Positions 20,049 through 29,903 of a DNA stretch of 64,000 nt are shown in pieces (position 1 is the stretch's first letter; each line of letters starts with the position of its first letter). Location of the stretch: assembly GCF_003018255.1 (NCBI RefSeq), contig NZ_CP027440.1. One strand, given 5' to 3'. The DNA comes from Escherichia coli. GTDB lineage: Bacteria > Pseudomonadota > Gammaproteobacteria > Enterobacterales > Enterobacteriaceae. The position numbers were made by a program, and so were the translations under genes. The notes beneath the pieces are model-generated. The model worked only from the letters and a program-made list of their open reading frames with translations. It ran no database searches and was not told the DNA's origin.

Positions 20049-21377
20049 ATGTTGATTCTGAAGAATGTCACCGCAGTGCAGTTACACCCAGCGAAAGTGC
20101 AGGAAGGCGTTGATATCGCCATCGAAAATGATGTGATTGTCGCTATCGGCGATGCCCTGACGCAACGCTACCCCGATGCCAGCTACAAAGAGATGCATGG
20201 TCGGATTGTGATGCCAGGAATTGTCTGCTCGCACAACCATTTTTACTCGGGGCTGTCCCGCGGAATTATGGCAAACATCGCCCCCTGCCCGGATTTCATC
20301 TCAACGCTGAAAAATCTCTGGTGGCGACTCGATCGCGCCCTTGATGAAGAGTCGCTCTATTACAGCGGACTGATTTGTTCCCTGGAAGCGATTAAGGGCG
20401 GATGTACATCGGTTATCGATCACCATGCCTCTCCGGCGTATATCGACGGGTCGCTCTCCACATTGCGCAACGCATTTTTAAAAGTTGGCCTGCGCGCGAT
20501 GACCTGTTTTGAAACTACTGACCGTAACAACGGTATCAAAGAGTTGCAGGAAGGTGTAGAAGAAAACATCCGCTTCGCCCGTCAGATTGATGATGCGAAG
20601 AAAGCGGCAACTGAACCGTATCTGGTAGAGGCTCATATTGGTGCTCACGCGCCGTTTACTGTGCCGGATGCCGGTCTGGAAATGCTGCGTGAGGCCGTGA
20701 AAGCCACAGGCCGTGGTTTACATATTCACGCTGCGGAAGACCTTTACGATGTTTCCCATAGTCATCACTGGTACGGCAAAGATCTGCTGGCACGATTAGC
20801 GCAATTCGATCTCATCGACAGCAAAACGCTGGTCGCTCATGGGCTTTATCTGTCTAAAGACGACATCGCGTTGCTCAATCAGCGTGATGCATTCCTGGTG
20901 CATAACGCCCGTTCAAACATGAACAACCATGTCGGCTACAACCATCATCTTTGCGACATCCGCAATCTGGCGTTGGGTACGGACGGTATTGGTTCAGATA
21001 TGTTTGAAGAGATGAAATTTGCCTTCTTTAAACATCGCGATGCGGGTGGTCCGCTGTGGCCTGACAGCTTTGCCAAAGCTCTGGCTAACGGCAACGAACT
21101 GATGAGCCGCAACTTTGGCGCGAAATTTGGCCTTCTGGAAGCCGGTTACAAAGCCGATTTAACCATTTGCGATTACAACTCGCCGACGCCGCTGCTGGCA
21201 GACAATATCGCCGGGCATATCGCTTTCGGTATGGGCTCAGGCAGCGTTCACAGCGTGATGGTCAATGGTGTGATGGTCTATGAAGACCGTCAGTTTAACT
21301 TCGATTGCGATTCCATTTATGCGCAAGCCAGAAAAGCCGCTGCCAGTATGTGGCGTCGGATGGATGCGCTGGCATAA
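20049..21377 (+). CDS. ssnA: amidohydrolase-superfamily aminohydrolase (chlorohydrolase-like)
   Basis: 442 aa; metal-binding HxH (CSHNHF); starts 3 nt after the ygfK stop. Confidence 0.85.
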   Translation: MLILKNVTAVQLHPAKVQEGVDIAIENDVIVAIGDALTQRYPDASYKEMHGRIVMPGIVCSHNHFYSGLSRGIMANIAPCPDFISTLKNLWWRLDRALDEESLYYSGLICSLEAIKGGCTSVIDHHASPAYIDGSLSTLRNAFLKVGLRAMTCFETTDRNNGIKELQEGVEENIRFARQIDDAKKAATEPYLVEAHIGAHAPFTVPDAGLEMLREAVKATGRGLHIHAAEDLYDVSHSHHWYGKDLLARLAQFDLIDSKTLVAHGLYLSKDDIALLNQRDAFLVHNARSNMNNHVGYNHHLCDIRNLALGTDGIGSDMFEEMKFAFFKHRDAGGPLWPDSFAKALANGNELMSRNFGAKFGLLEAGYKADLTICDYNSPTPLLADNIAGHIAFGMGSGSVHSVMVNGVMVYEDRQFNFDCDSIYAQARKAAASMWRRMDALA

Positions 21378-21427
21378 ATAACAGCTCCCCTCTTCTTTCA
21401 GAGAAGAGGGGAAATTAAGGAAAGACG

Positions 21428-22207
21428 ATGATTGAACAATTTTTCAGACCCGACTCTGTCGAACAGGCGCTGGAACTGAAGCGCCGCTACCAGGATGAAG
21501 CCGTCTGGTTCGCCGGGGGCAGCAAACTCAACGCTACACCAACCCGTACCGATAAAAAGATTGCCATTTCCTTACAGGATCTGGAACTGGACTGGGTTGA
21601 CTGGGATAACGGTGCACTGCGGATTGGCGCGATGTCTCGCTTGCAAACACTGCGTGATGCGCGATTTATTCCTGCAGCACTGCGTGAAGCTCTCGGTTTT
21701 GTTTACTCACGCCATGTTCGTAATCAGTCGACCATTGGTGGTGAAATTGCCGCCCGGCAAGAAGAGTCAGTGCTGCTTCCCGTCCTGCTGGCACTGGATG
21801 CTGAACTGGTTTTTGGCAACGGCGAAACTCTGTCAATTGAGGAGTACCTGGCCTGCCCATGCGATCGCCTGCTAACCGAAATCATCATTAAAGATCCGTA
21901 TCGCACCTGTGCGACTCGCAAAATTAGCCGTTCTCAGGCAGGTTTAACCGTCGTGACGGCAGCCGTTGCAATAACAGACCACGACGGTATGCGAATTGCG
22001 CTGGATGGCGTAGCCAGTAAAGCACTGCGTCTGCACGATGTTGAAAAACAAAACCTGGAAGGTGATGCCCTTGAACAGGCTGTCGCCAACGCCATTTTCC
22101 CGCAGGAAGATTTGCGGGGCAGCGTGGCCTATAAACGCTATATCACGGGAGTTCTGGTAGCCGACCTTTATGCCGACTGCCAACAGGCTGGGGAGGAAGC
22201 CGTATGA
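21428..22207 (+). CDS. ygfM: FAD-binding molybdopterin dehydrogenase subunit-like protein
   Basis: 259 aa; CO dehydrogenase flavoprotein-like; stop overlaps xdhD start. Confidence 0.8.
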   Translation: MIEQFFRPDSVEQALELKRRYQDEAVWFAGGSKLNATPTRTDKKIAISLQDLELDWVDWDNGALRIGAMSRLQTLRDARFIPAALREALGFVYSRHVRNQSTIGGEIAARQEESVLLPVLLALDAELVFGNGETLSIEEYLACPCDRLLTEIIIKDPYRTCATRKISRSQAGLTVVTAAVAITDHDGMRIALDGVASKALRLHDVEKQNLEGDALEQAVANAIFPQEDLRGSVAYKRYITGVLVADLYADCQQAGEEAV

Positions 22208-25074
22208 TCATCCACTTTACTTTAAATGGCACGCCCCAGGAGCTAACCGTTAATCCTGGTGAAAACGTGCAAAAGCTGTTGTTTAACATGGGAATGCACT
22301 CTGTACGCAACAGCGATGATGGCTTTGGGTTTGCCGGTTCTGACGCAATTATCTTTAACGGTAATATCGTTAACGCGTCCTTGCTTATCGCCGCACAGTT
22401 AGAGAAGGCAGATATTCGTACCGCAGAATCTCTGGGCAAATGGAATGAGTTAAGTCTGGTTCAACAGGCCATGGTTGATGTTGGCGTGGTGCAGTCTGGT
22501 TATAACGATCCAGCTGCGGCTCTGATTATCACCGATCTTCTCGATCGCATCGACGCACCTACCCGCGAAGAGATCGACGACGCGCTCTCAGGTCTGTTTA
22601 GCCGCGATGCTGGCTGGCAGCAATACTATCAGGTCATTGAACTGGCGGTTGCACGTAAAAATAATCCGCAGGCCACCATTGATATCGCTCCGACTTTCCG
22701 TGACGACCTTGAAGTCATTGGCAAGCATTATCCTAAAACTGATGCCGCGAAAATGGTGCAGGCGAAACCCTGCTATGTTGAAGATCGCGTAACGGCTGAC
22801 GCCTGCGTCATTAAAATGTTACGTAGCCCACACGCTCACGCACTGATTACTCATCTGGATGTCAGCAAAGCTGAAGCCTTACCGGGCGTCGTTCACGTTA
22901 TTACTCACCTGAATTGCCCGGATATTTACTATACCCCGGGTGGTCAGAGCGCACCGGAACCGTCACCGCTTGACCGCCGAATGTTCGGCAAGAAAATGCG
23001 TCACGTCGGCGATCGCGTTGCTGCGGTCGTCGCTGAAAGTGAAGACATTGCGCTCGAAGCACTGAAGCTCATCGACGTTGAATATGAAGTGCTTAAGCCG
23101 GTAATGTCGATTGACGAGGCAATGGCGGAAGATGCGCCTGTCGTGCACGATGAACCGGTGGTGTATGTTGCTGGTGCACCAGATACTCTGGAGGAAGATA
23201 ACTGTCATGCAGCCCAGCGCGGCGAGCATATGATCATCAACTTCCCGATCGGTTCTCGCCCACGCAAAAATATCGCTGCCAGTATTCATGGTCATATTGG
23301 TGATATGGACAAAGGCTTTGCCGATGCCGATGTGATCATTGAGCGAACCTATAACTCAACGCAGGCGCAGCAGTGCCCGACTGAAACACATATCTGCTTT
23401 ACCCGTATGGACGGCGATCGTCTGGTGATCCACGCCTCCACCCAGGTACCATGGCACTTACGCCGCCAGGTCGCGCGCCTCGTGGGCATGAAACAACATA
23501 AAGTTCATGTCATTAAAGAACGTGTAGGCGGCGGTTTTGGCTCTAAACAGGACATCCTGCTGGAAGAAGTGTGCGCCTGGGCAACTTGCGTGACCGGGCG
23601 TCCGGTACTTTTCCGCTACACCCGTGAAGAAGAGTTTATTGCTAACACCTCTCGTCACGTAGCGAAAGTCACCGTCAAACTGGGCGCGAAAAAAGATGGT
23701 CGCCTGACGGCAGTGAAGATGGATTTCCGCGCCAACACTGGTCCTTACGGTAACCACTCACTCACCGTACCGTGTAACGGACCGGCGCTGTCGCTGCCGT
23801 TATATCCATGCGATAACGTCGATTTCCAGGTCACCACCTACTACAGCAACATTTGCCCAAATGGTGCTTATCAGGGTTATGGCGCACCGAAAGGTAACTT
23901 CGCTATCACCATGGCGTTAGCGGAACTGGCGGAACAATTGCAGATCGACCAACTGGAAATTATTGAACGTAATCGTGTACACGAAGGGCAGGAGTTGAAA
24001 ATTCTCGGTGCGATTGGTGAAGGTAAAGCGCCGACATCCGTTCCTTCCGCCGCCAGCTGCGCACTGGAAGAGATCCTGCGTCAGGGTCGCGAGATGATCC
24101 AATGGTCTTCACCAAAACCGCAAAATGGTGACTGGCACATCGGTCGCGGCGTCGCCATTATCATGCAGAAATCAGGGATCCCAGATATCGATCAGGCTAA
24201 CTGCATGATCAAACTGGAATCAGACGGTACCTTTATCGTTCATTCTGGCGGTGCGGATATTGGTACTGGTTTGGATACTGTGGTGACGAAACTGGCAGCA
24301 GAAGTGCTGCACTGCCCCCCGCAGGACGTGCATGTTATCTCCGGTGATACCGATCATGCGTTGTTTGATAAAGGCGCATATGCCTCGTCCGGTACTTGCT
24401 TCTCGGGTAACGCTGCGCGTTTGGCAGCGGAAAATCTGCGGGAGAAAATCCTGTTCCACGGCGCGCAAATGTTGGGTGAGCCAGTGGCAGATGTTCAACT
24501 AGCAACGCCGGGCGTCGTTCGCGGCAAGAAAGGCGAAGTTAGTTTCGGAGAGATAGCCCATAAAGGCGAAACCGGCACCGGCTTTGGTTCACTGGTGGGA
24601 ACTGGCAGTTATATCACGCCTGATTTCGCCTTCCCGTATGGCGCAAACTTCGCTGAAGTTGCCGTCAACACGCGTACGGGTGAAATCCGCCTGGATAAAT
24701 TCTACGCCTTGCTGGACTGCGGTACACCGGTCAATCCAGAGTTAGCGCTGGGACAAATCTACGGTGCCACCCTGCGTGCTATCGGCCACAGTATGAGCGA
24801 AGAGATCATTTATGACGCCGAAGGTCACCCGTTAACGCGTGATTTACGCAGTTACGGCGCACCGAAAATTGGTGACATTCCGCGTGATTTCCGCGCTGTG
24901 CTGGTGCCGAGCGACGATAAAGTCGGCCCATTCGGGGCGAAATCGATCTCGGAAATCGGTGTAAATGGCGCCGCTCCGGCGATTGCTACCGCAATTCACG
25001 ATGCCTGCGGCATCTGGTTACGCGAATGGCATTTCACACCGGAGAAAATACTCACCGCGCTGGAAAAAATATAA
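22204..25074 (+). CDS. xdhD: molybdenum hydroxylase large subunit (xanthine dehydrogenase family) with N-terminal extension
   Basis: 956 aa; Mo-pterin hydroxylase family with a Cys-poor ferredoxin-like N-terminal region. Confidence 0.85.
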   Translation: MIIHFTLNGTPQELTVNPGENVQKLLFNMGMHSVRNSDDGFGFAGSDAIIFNGNIVNASLLIAAQLEKADIRTAESLGKWNELSLVQQAMVDVGVVQSGYNDPAAALIITDLLDRIDAPTREEIDDALSGLFSRDAGWQQYYQVIELAVARKNNPQATIDIAPTFRDDLEVIGKHYPKTDAAKMVQAKPCYVEDRVTADACVIKMLRSPHAHALITHLDVSKAEALPGVVHVITHLNCPDIYYTPGGQSAPEPSPLDRRMFGKKMRHVGDRVAAVVAESEDIALEALKLIDVEYEVLKPVMSIDEAMAEDAPVVHDEPVVYVAGAPDTLEEDNCHAAQRGEHMIINFPIGSRPRKNIAASIHGHIGDMDKGFADADVIIERTYNSTQAQQCPTETHICFTRMDGDRLVIHASTQVPWHLRRQVARLVGMKQHKVHVIKERVGGGFGSKQDILLEEVCAWATCVTGRPVLFRYTREEEFIANTSRHVAKVTVKLGAKKDGRLTAVKMDFRANTGPYGNHSLTVPCNGPALSLPLYPCDNVDFQVTTYYSNICPNGAYQGYGAPKGNFAITMALAELAEQLQIDQLEIIERNRVHEGQELKILGAIGEGKAPTSVPSAASCALEEILRQGREMIQWSSPKPQNGDWHIGRGVAIIMQKSGIPDIDQANCMIKLESDGTFIVHSGGADIGTGLDTVVTKLAAEVLHCPPQDVHVISGDTDHALFDKGAYASSGTCFSGNAARLAAENLREKILFHGAQMLGEPVADVQLATPGVVRGKKGEVSFGEIAHKGETGTGFGSLVGTGSYITPDFAFPYGANFAEVAVNTRTGEIRLDKFYALLDCGTPVNPELALGQIYGATLRAIGHSMSEEIIYDAEGHPLTRDLRSYGAPKIGDIPRDFRAVLVPSDDKVGPFGAKSISEIGVNGAAPAIATAIHDACGIWLREWHFTPEKILTALEKI

Positions 25075-25083
25075 GTAATAAAT

Positions 25084-25113
25084 GGCCGCTTCGGCGGCCT
25101 GTTTCTCTGTTTG
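25084..25113 (+). terminator. intrinsic terminator after xdhD
   Basis: GGCCGC-ttcg-GCGGCC hairpin followed by TGTTTCTCTGTTT. Confidence 0.6.
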
Positions 25114-25238
25114 AACGATGACTAAATAGTGACTGCGAAAATGAGATAAGCCGTTCTCAAGGCGTCCTGCGCCCCAAATTCGTGGGAATTTATTTTACTA
25201 ATTCAGATGATCAAATTTACTTTAAAAGGAGTGAAGGG

Positions 25239-26639
25239 ATGTCTGATATAAACCATGCAGGTTCTGACCTTATATTTGAACTGGAGGATCGCCCTCCCTT
25301 TCATCAGGCTCTCGTAGGTGCCATTACCCATCTGTTGGCAATTTTCGTTCCGATGGTAACCCCCGCGTTAATCGTGGGTGCGACCTTACAGCTTTCCGCT
25401 GAAACAACTGCCTATCTTGTTTCTATGGCGATGATCGCCTCTGGTATTGGTACCTGGTTACAAGTAAACCGCTACGGCATCGTCGGTTCTGGTCTTCTCT
25501 CAATTCAGTCAGTCAATTTTTCATTTGTTACGGTCATGATTGCGCTGGGCAGCAGCATGAAAAGCGACGGTTTTCACGAAGAGTTAATCATGTCGTCGCT
25601 CCTCGGCGTCTCCTTCGTTGGCGCATTTCTGGTTGTCGGCTCTTCTTTTATCCTGCCCTATTTACGTCGGGTTATTACGCCTACCGTCAGCGGTATTGTG
25701 GTACTGATGATCGGCTTAAGCCTGATTAAAGTCGGCATTATCGATTTTGGTGGAGGATTTGCAGCCAAAAGCAGCGGTACGTTCGGCAATTACGAACATC
25801 TCGGCGTTGGTTTATTGGTTTTAATTGTGGTGATCGGCTTTAACTGCTGTCGCAGTCCGTTGCTACGCATGGGAGGGATCGCCATTGGGCTATGTGTCGG
25901 CTATATCGCATCGTTATGCCTGGGCATGGTGGATTTCAGCAGTATGCGCAATTTGCCGTTAATCACCATCCCGCATCCGTTCAAATACGGCTTTAGTTTT
26001 AGCTTCCATCAGTTCCTGGTGGTTGGCACGATTTATCTGCTTAGCGTGCTGGAAGCAGTCGGCGATATCACCGCCACGGCAATGGTTTCCCGCCGCCCCA
26101 TTCAGGGGGAAGAGTATCAGTCCCGACTGAAAGGCGGCGTGCTGGCAGATGGTCTGGTTTCTGTTATCGCCTCCGCTGTCGGTTCATTACCATTAACCAC
26201 GTTTGCGCAAAATAATGGGGTTATTCAGATGACTGGCGTCGCTTCACGTTATGTCGGGCGAACCATCGCGGTAATGCTGGTTATCCTCGGCTTATTTCCG
26301 ATGATTGGCGGCTTCTTCACGACCATTCCCTCGGCAGTTCTGGGAGGCGCAATGACGTTGATGTTTTCCATGATTGCCATCGCTGGGATTCGCATCATCA
26401 TCACCAACGGATTAAAGCGCCGAGAAACACTTATTGTCGCCACGTCTTTAGGTTTAGGGCTTGGCGTCTCCTACGATCCCGAAATTTTTAAAATATTGCC
26501 AGCCTCTATTTATGTATTAGTTGAAAACCCTATTTGTGCTGGCGGGTTAACTGCGATTTTATTAAATATTATCCTCCCTGGTGGCTACCGACAGGAAAAC
26601 GTTCTGCCTGGTATTACCTCAGCGGAAGAGATGGATTAA
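25239..26639 (+). CDS. xanQ: xanthine permease (NCS2/NAT family)
   Basis: Track ORF 25182..26639; start trimmed to MSDINHAG (466 aa); multi-span hydrophobic transporter. Confidence 0.85.
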   Translation: MSDINHAGSDLIFELEDRPPFHQALVGAITHLLAIFVPMVTPALIVGATLQLSAETTAYLVSMAMIASGIGTWLQVNRYGIVGSGLLSIQSVNFSFVTVMIALGSSMKSDGFHEELIMSSLLGVSFVGAFLVVGSSFILPYLRRVITPTVSGIVVLMIGLSLIKVGIIDFGGGFAAKSSGTFGNYEHLGVGLLVLIVVIGFNCCRSPLLRMGGIAIGLCVGYIASLCLGMVDFSSMRNLPLITIPHPFKYGFSFSFHQFLVVGTIYLLSVLEAVGDITATAMVSRRPIQGEEYQSRLKGGVLADGLVSVIASAVGSLPLTTFAQNNGVIQMTGVASRYVGRTIAVMLVILGLFPMIGGFFTTIPSAVLGGAMTLMFSMIAIAGIRIIITNGLKRRETLIVATSLGLGLGVSYDPEIFKILPASIYVLVENPICAGGLTAILLNIILPGGYRQENVLPGITSAEEMD

Positions 26640-26653
26640 CAGTAAAGGAGTCA

Positions 26654-27973
26654 ATGATGTCAGGAGAACACACGTTAAAAGCGGTACGAGGCAGTTTTAT
26701 TGATGTCACCCGTACGGTCGATAACCCGGAAGAAATTGCCTCTGCGCTGCGGTTTATTGAGGATGGTTTATTACTCATTAAACAGGGAAAAGTGGAATGG
26801 TTTGGCGAATGGGAAGACGGAAAGCATCAAATTCCTGACACCATTCGCGTGCGCGACTATCGCGGCAAACTGATAGTACCGGGCTTTGTCGATACACATA
26901 TCCATTATCCGCAAAGTGAAATGGTGGGGGCCTATGGTGAACAATTGCTGGAGTGGTTGAATAAACACACCTTCCCTACTGAACGTCGTTATGAGGATTT
27001 AGAGTACGCCCGCGAGATGTCAGCGTTCTTCATCAAGCAGCTTTTACGTAACGGAACCACCACGGCGCTGGTGTTTGGCACTGTTCATCCACAATCCGTT
27101 GATGCGCTGTTTGAAGCCGCCAGTCATATCAATATGCGTATGATTGCCGGTAAGGTGATGATGGACCGAAACGCACCGGATTATCTGCTCGACACTGCCG
27201 AAAGCAGCTATCACCAAAGCAAAGAACTGATTGAACGCTGGCACAAAAATGGTCGTCTGTTGTATGCGATTACGCCACGCTTCGCCCCTACCTCATCTCC
27301 TGAACAGATGGCGATGGCGCAACGCCTGAAAGAAGAATATCCGGATACGTGGGTACATACCCATCTCTGTGAAAACAAAGATGAAATTGCCTGGGTCAAA
27401 TCGCTTTATCCTGACCATGATGGTTATCTGGATGTTTACCATCAGTACGGTCTGACCGGTAAAAACTGTGTCTTTGCTCACTGCGTCCATCTCGAAGAAA
27501 AAGAGTGGGATCGTCTCAGCGAAACCAAATCCAGCATTGCTTTCTGTCCGACCTCCAACCTTTACCTCGGCAGCGGCTTATTCAACTTGAAAAAAGCATG
27601 GCAGAAGAAAGTCAAAGTGGGCATGGGAACGGATATCGGTGCCGGAACAACTTTTAACATGCTGCAAACGCTGAACGAAGCCTACAAGGTATTGCAATTA
27701 CAAGGCTATCGCCTCTCGGCATATGAAGCGTTTTACCTAGCCACGCTCGGCGGAGCGAAATCTCTGGGCCTTGACGATTTGATTGGCAACTTTTTACCTG
27801 GCAAAGAGGCTGATTTCGTGGTGATGGAACCCACTGCCACTCCGCTACAGCAGCTGCGCTATGACAACTCTGTTTCTTTAGTCGACAAATTGTTCGTGAT
27901 GATGACGTTGGGCGATGACCGTTCGATCTACCGCACCTACGTTGATGGTCGTCTGGTGTACGAACGCAACTAA
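26654..27973 (+). CDS. guaD: guanine deaminase
   Basis: Track ORF 26534..27973 has a spurious 40-aa extension overlapping xanQ; true start MMSGEHTLK (439 aa) preceded by AGGAG; HxH motif FVDTHIHYP. Confidence 0.9.
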   Translation: MMSGEHTLKAVRGSFIDVTRTVDNPEEIASALRFIEDGLLLIKQGKVEWFGEWEDGKHQIPDTIRVRDYRGKLIVPGFVDTHIHYPQSEMVGAYGEQLLEWLNKHTFPTERRYEDLEYAREMSAFFIKQLLRNGTTTALVFGTVHPQSVDALFEAASHINMRMIAGKVMMDRNAPDYLLDTAESSYHQSKELIERWHKNGRLLYAITPRFAPTSSPEQMAMAQRLKEEYPDTWVHTHLCENKDEIAWVKSLYPDHDGYLDVYHQYGLTGKNCVFAHCVHLEEKEWDRLSETKSSIAFCPTSNLYLGSGLFNLKKAWQKKVKVGMGTDIGAGTTFNMLQTLNEAYKVLQLQGYRLSAYEAFYLATLGGAKSLGLDDLIGNFLPGKEADFVVMEPTATPLQQLRYDNSVSLVDKLFVMMTLGDDRSIYRTYVDGRLVYERN

Positions 27974-28008
27974 TAATAAAACTTTAACATCCTCGTGAGG
28001 ACATCATT

Positions 28009-29376
28009 ATGTCTGGAGACATCCTACAAACACCGGACGCACCAAAGCCACAGGGCGCGCTGGATAATTATTTTAAAATTACCGCTCGTGGCAGTACCAT
28101 TCGTCAGGAAGTACTGGCTGGCTTAACGACCTTTCTGGCCATGGTTTATTCCGTTATCGTCGTTCCGGGAATGCTGGGCAAAGCAGGTTTTCCTCCCGCA
28201 GCTGTGTTTGTTGCCACCTGTCTGGTCGCGGGCTTCGGCTCGTTGCTGATGGGGTTATGGGCCAATTTGCCAATGGCGATTGGTTGCGCTATTTCCTTGA
28301 CGGCGTTTACCGCATTCAGTCTGGTACTCGGGCAACAAATTAGCGTTCCTGTCGCACTGGGCGCAGTCTTTCTGATGGGCGTCATCTTCACCGCTATTTC
28401 CGTAACCGGTGTGCGTACCTGGATCTTACGTAATTTGCCGATGGGGATCGCTCACGGTACAGGTATCGGTATCGGCCTGTTTCTGCTGCTGATTGCTGCT
28501 AACGGTGTGGGAATGGTTATCAAAAACCCGATTGAAGGCTTGCCAGTGGCGCTCGGTGCGTTTACCTCCTTCCCGGTGATGATGAGCTTACTGGGGCTGG
28601 CGGTCATCTTCGGTCTGGAGAAGTGTCGCGTACCCGGCGGGATCTTGTTGGTGATTATTGCAATTTCGATCATCGGCTTAATCTTTGACCCAGCGGTGAA
28701 GTACCACGGTCTGGTGGCGATGCCAAGCCTGACTGGCGAAGATGGTAAGTCTCTGATTTTCAGCCTCGATATTATGGGCGCACTCCAGCCAACTGTACTT
28801 CCGAGTGTACTGGCATTGGTGATGACCGCAGTGTTCGACGCCACTGGCACCATCCGTGCCGTCGCCGGTCAGGCGAATTTGTTGGATAAAGACAACCAGA
28901 TCATCAACGGCGGCAAAGCCCTGACCAGTGACTCAGTAAGTTCAATATTCTCCGGCCTGGTGGGCGCAGCGCCCGCGGCGGTTTATATCGAATCAGCGGC
29001 AGGAACCGCCGCCGGGGGGAAAACCGGTTTAACCGCAGCCGTTGTTGGTGCGTTGTTCCTGATGATTCTGTTTTTATCACCGTTGTCGTTTCTGATCCCC
29101 GGTTATGCTACTGCCCCCGCTCTGATGTACGTGGGTTTGCTGATGTTAAGCAACGTCTCGAAGCTGGATTTCAACGATTTTATTGACGCAATGGCTGGCC
29201 TGGTGTGTGCCGTGTTCATCGTTCTGACTTGTAATATCGTTACCGGTATTATGCTGGGCTTTGTAACATTGGTGGTGGGTCGCGTCTTTGCGCGCGAATG
29301 GCAAAAGCTGAATATTGGTACGGTGATCATTACTGCCGCACTGGTCGCGTTTTACGCGGGTGGTTGGGCAATCTAA
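28009..29376 (+). CDS. ghxQ: guanine/hypoxanthine permease (NCS2, AzgA-like)
   Basis: 455 aa; polytopic membrane protein. Confidence 0.85.
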   Translation: MSGDILQTPDAPKPQGALDNYFKITARGSTIRQEVLAGLTTFLAMVYSVIVVPGMLGKAGFPPAAVFVATCLVAGFGSLLMGLWANLPMAIGCAISLTAFTAFSLVLGQQISVPVALGAVFLMGVIFTAISVTGVRTWILRNLPMGIAHGTGIGIGLFLLLIAANGVGMVIKNPIEGLPVALGAFTSFPVMMSLLGLAVIFGLEKCRVPGGILLVIIAISIIGLIFDPAVKYHGLVAMPSLTGEDGKSLIFSLDIMGALQPTVLPSVLALVMTAVFDATGTIRAVAGQANLLDKDNQIINGGKALTSDSVSSIFSGLVGAAPAAVYIESAAGTAAGGKTGLTAAVVGALFLMILFLSPLSFLIPGYATAPALMYVGLLMLSNVSKLDFNDFIDAMAGLVCAVFIVLTCNIVTGIMLGFVTLVVGRVFAREWQKLNIGTVIITAALVAFYAGGWAI

Positions 29377-29382
29377 TAGATC

Positions 29383-29404
29383 CTCCGCGCCTTTCAGCGC
29401 GGAG
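29383..29404. terminator. hairpin between convergent ghxQ and ygfS (probable bidirectional terminator)
   Basis: CTCCGCGC-ctttca-GCGCGGAG, followed by ATTTCTTTC on the + strand. Confidence 0.5.
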
Positions 29405-29411
29405 ATTTCTT

Positions 29412-29903
29412 TCACAGAGGATTCTCACCGCTGGCAACAATACGCTGCTGGCGGACTCGCCTGAGTTCTCTTTCAGTAAGCAACTGCAGCGCCTGTGTTG
29501 GGCAAGATTCAACGCAGGCTGGCCCCTCTTCCCGCTGTTCACAGAGATCGCATTTCACGATTTGTTGCCGGGTATCCCCCGGCAACGACTGAATGGTGAT
29601 CATTCCAAACGGGCACGCACTGACGCAACTCTGACAGCCAATACAACGGGCAGAATTGGTCTGCACCACCTGCTCGCCCATCGTCAGCGCCCCCACGGGG
29701 CAAGCGCTAACACAAGGGGCGTTTTCACACTGATGGCACATCACCGGCGCACTGATGCTGTCCAGTCGCTGTACCTTCAGCCGGGGTAAAAAGACATCGG
29801 CATTCAACTCCTGTTCTGAAGGGTGAGCGACCACACAGGCTACTTCACAAGTACGGCAGCCAATACAGTCAGCCGGATTAACGATAATTAACGATTTCAT
29901 CAC
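29412..29903 (-). CDS. ygfS: 4Fe-4S ferredoxin-type electron-transfer protein
   Basis: 163 aa (possibly 162 from the second Met); multiple CxxCxxCxxxCP motifs. Confidence 0.85.
   Translation of the reverse strand: MMKSLIIVNPADCIGCRTCEVACVVAHPSEQELNADVFLPRLKVQRLDSISAPVMCHQCENAPCVSACPVGALTMGEQVVQTNSARCIGCQSCVSACPFGMITIQSLPGDTRQQIVKCDLCEQREEGPACVESCPTQALQLLTERELRRVRQQRIVASGENPL

Noticed and set aside
21386-21412. Hairpin TCCCCTCTTC-tttcaga-GAAGAGGGGA after ssnA as a terminator
   Set aside because: No T tract follows, and ygfM starts 16 nt later with an RBS immediately downstream; more likely an intra-operon mRNA structure, so not called as a terminator.
22204-25074. Selenocysteine (in-frame TGA) in the Mo hydroxylase genes
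   Set aside because: All cluster ORFs are uninterrupted by TGA, so any selenium dependence would be through a labile cofactor, not Sec.
26534-26653. N-terminal 40-codon extension of the guaD ORF overlapping xanQ
   Set aside because: The extension lacks an RBS and overlaps the xanQ 3' end; the MMSGEHTLK start with upstream AGGAG gives the expected length.
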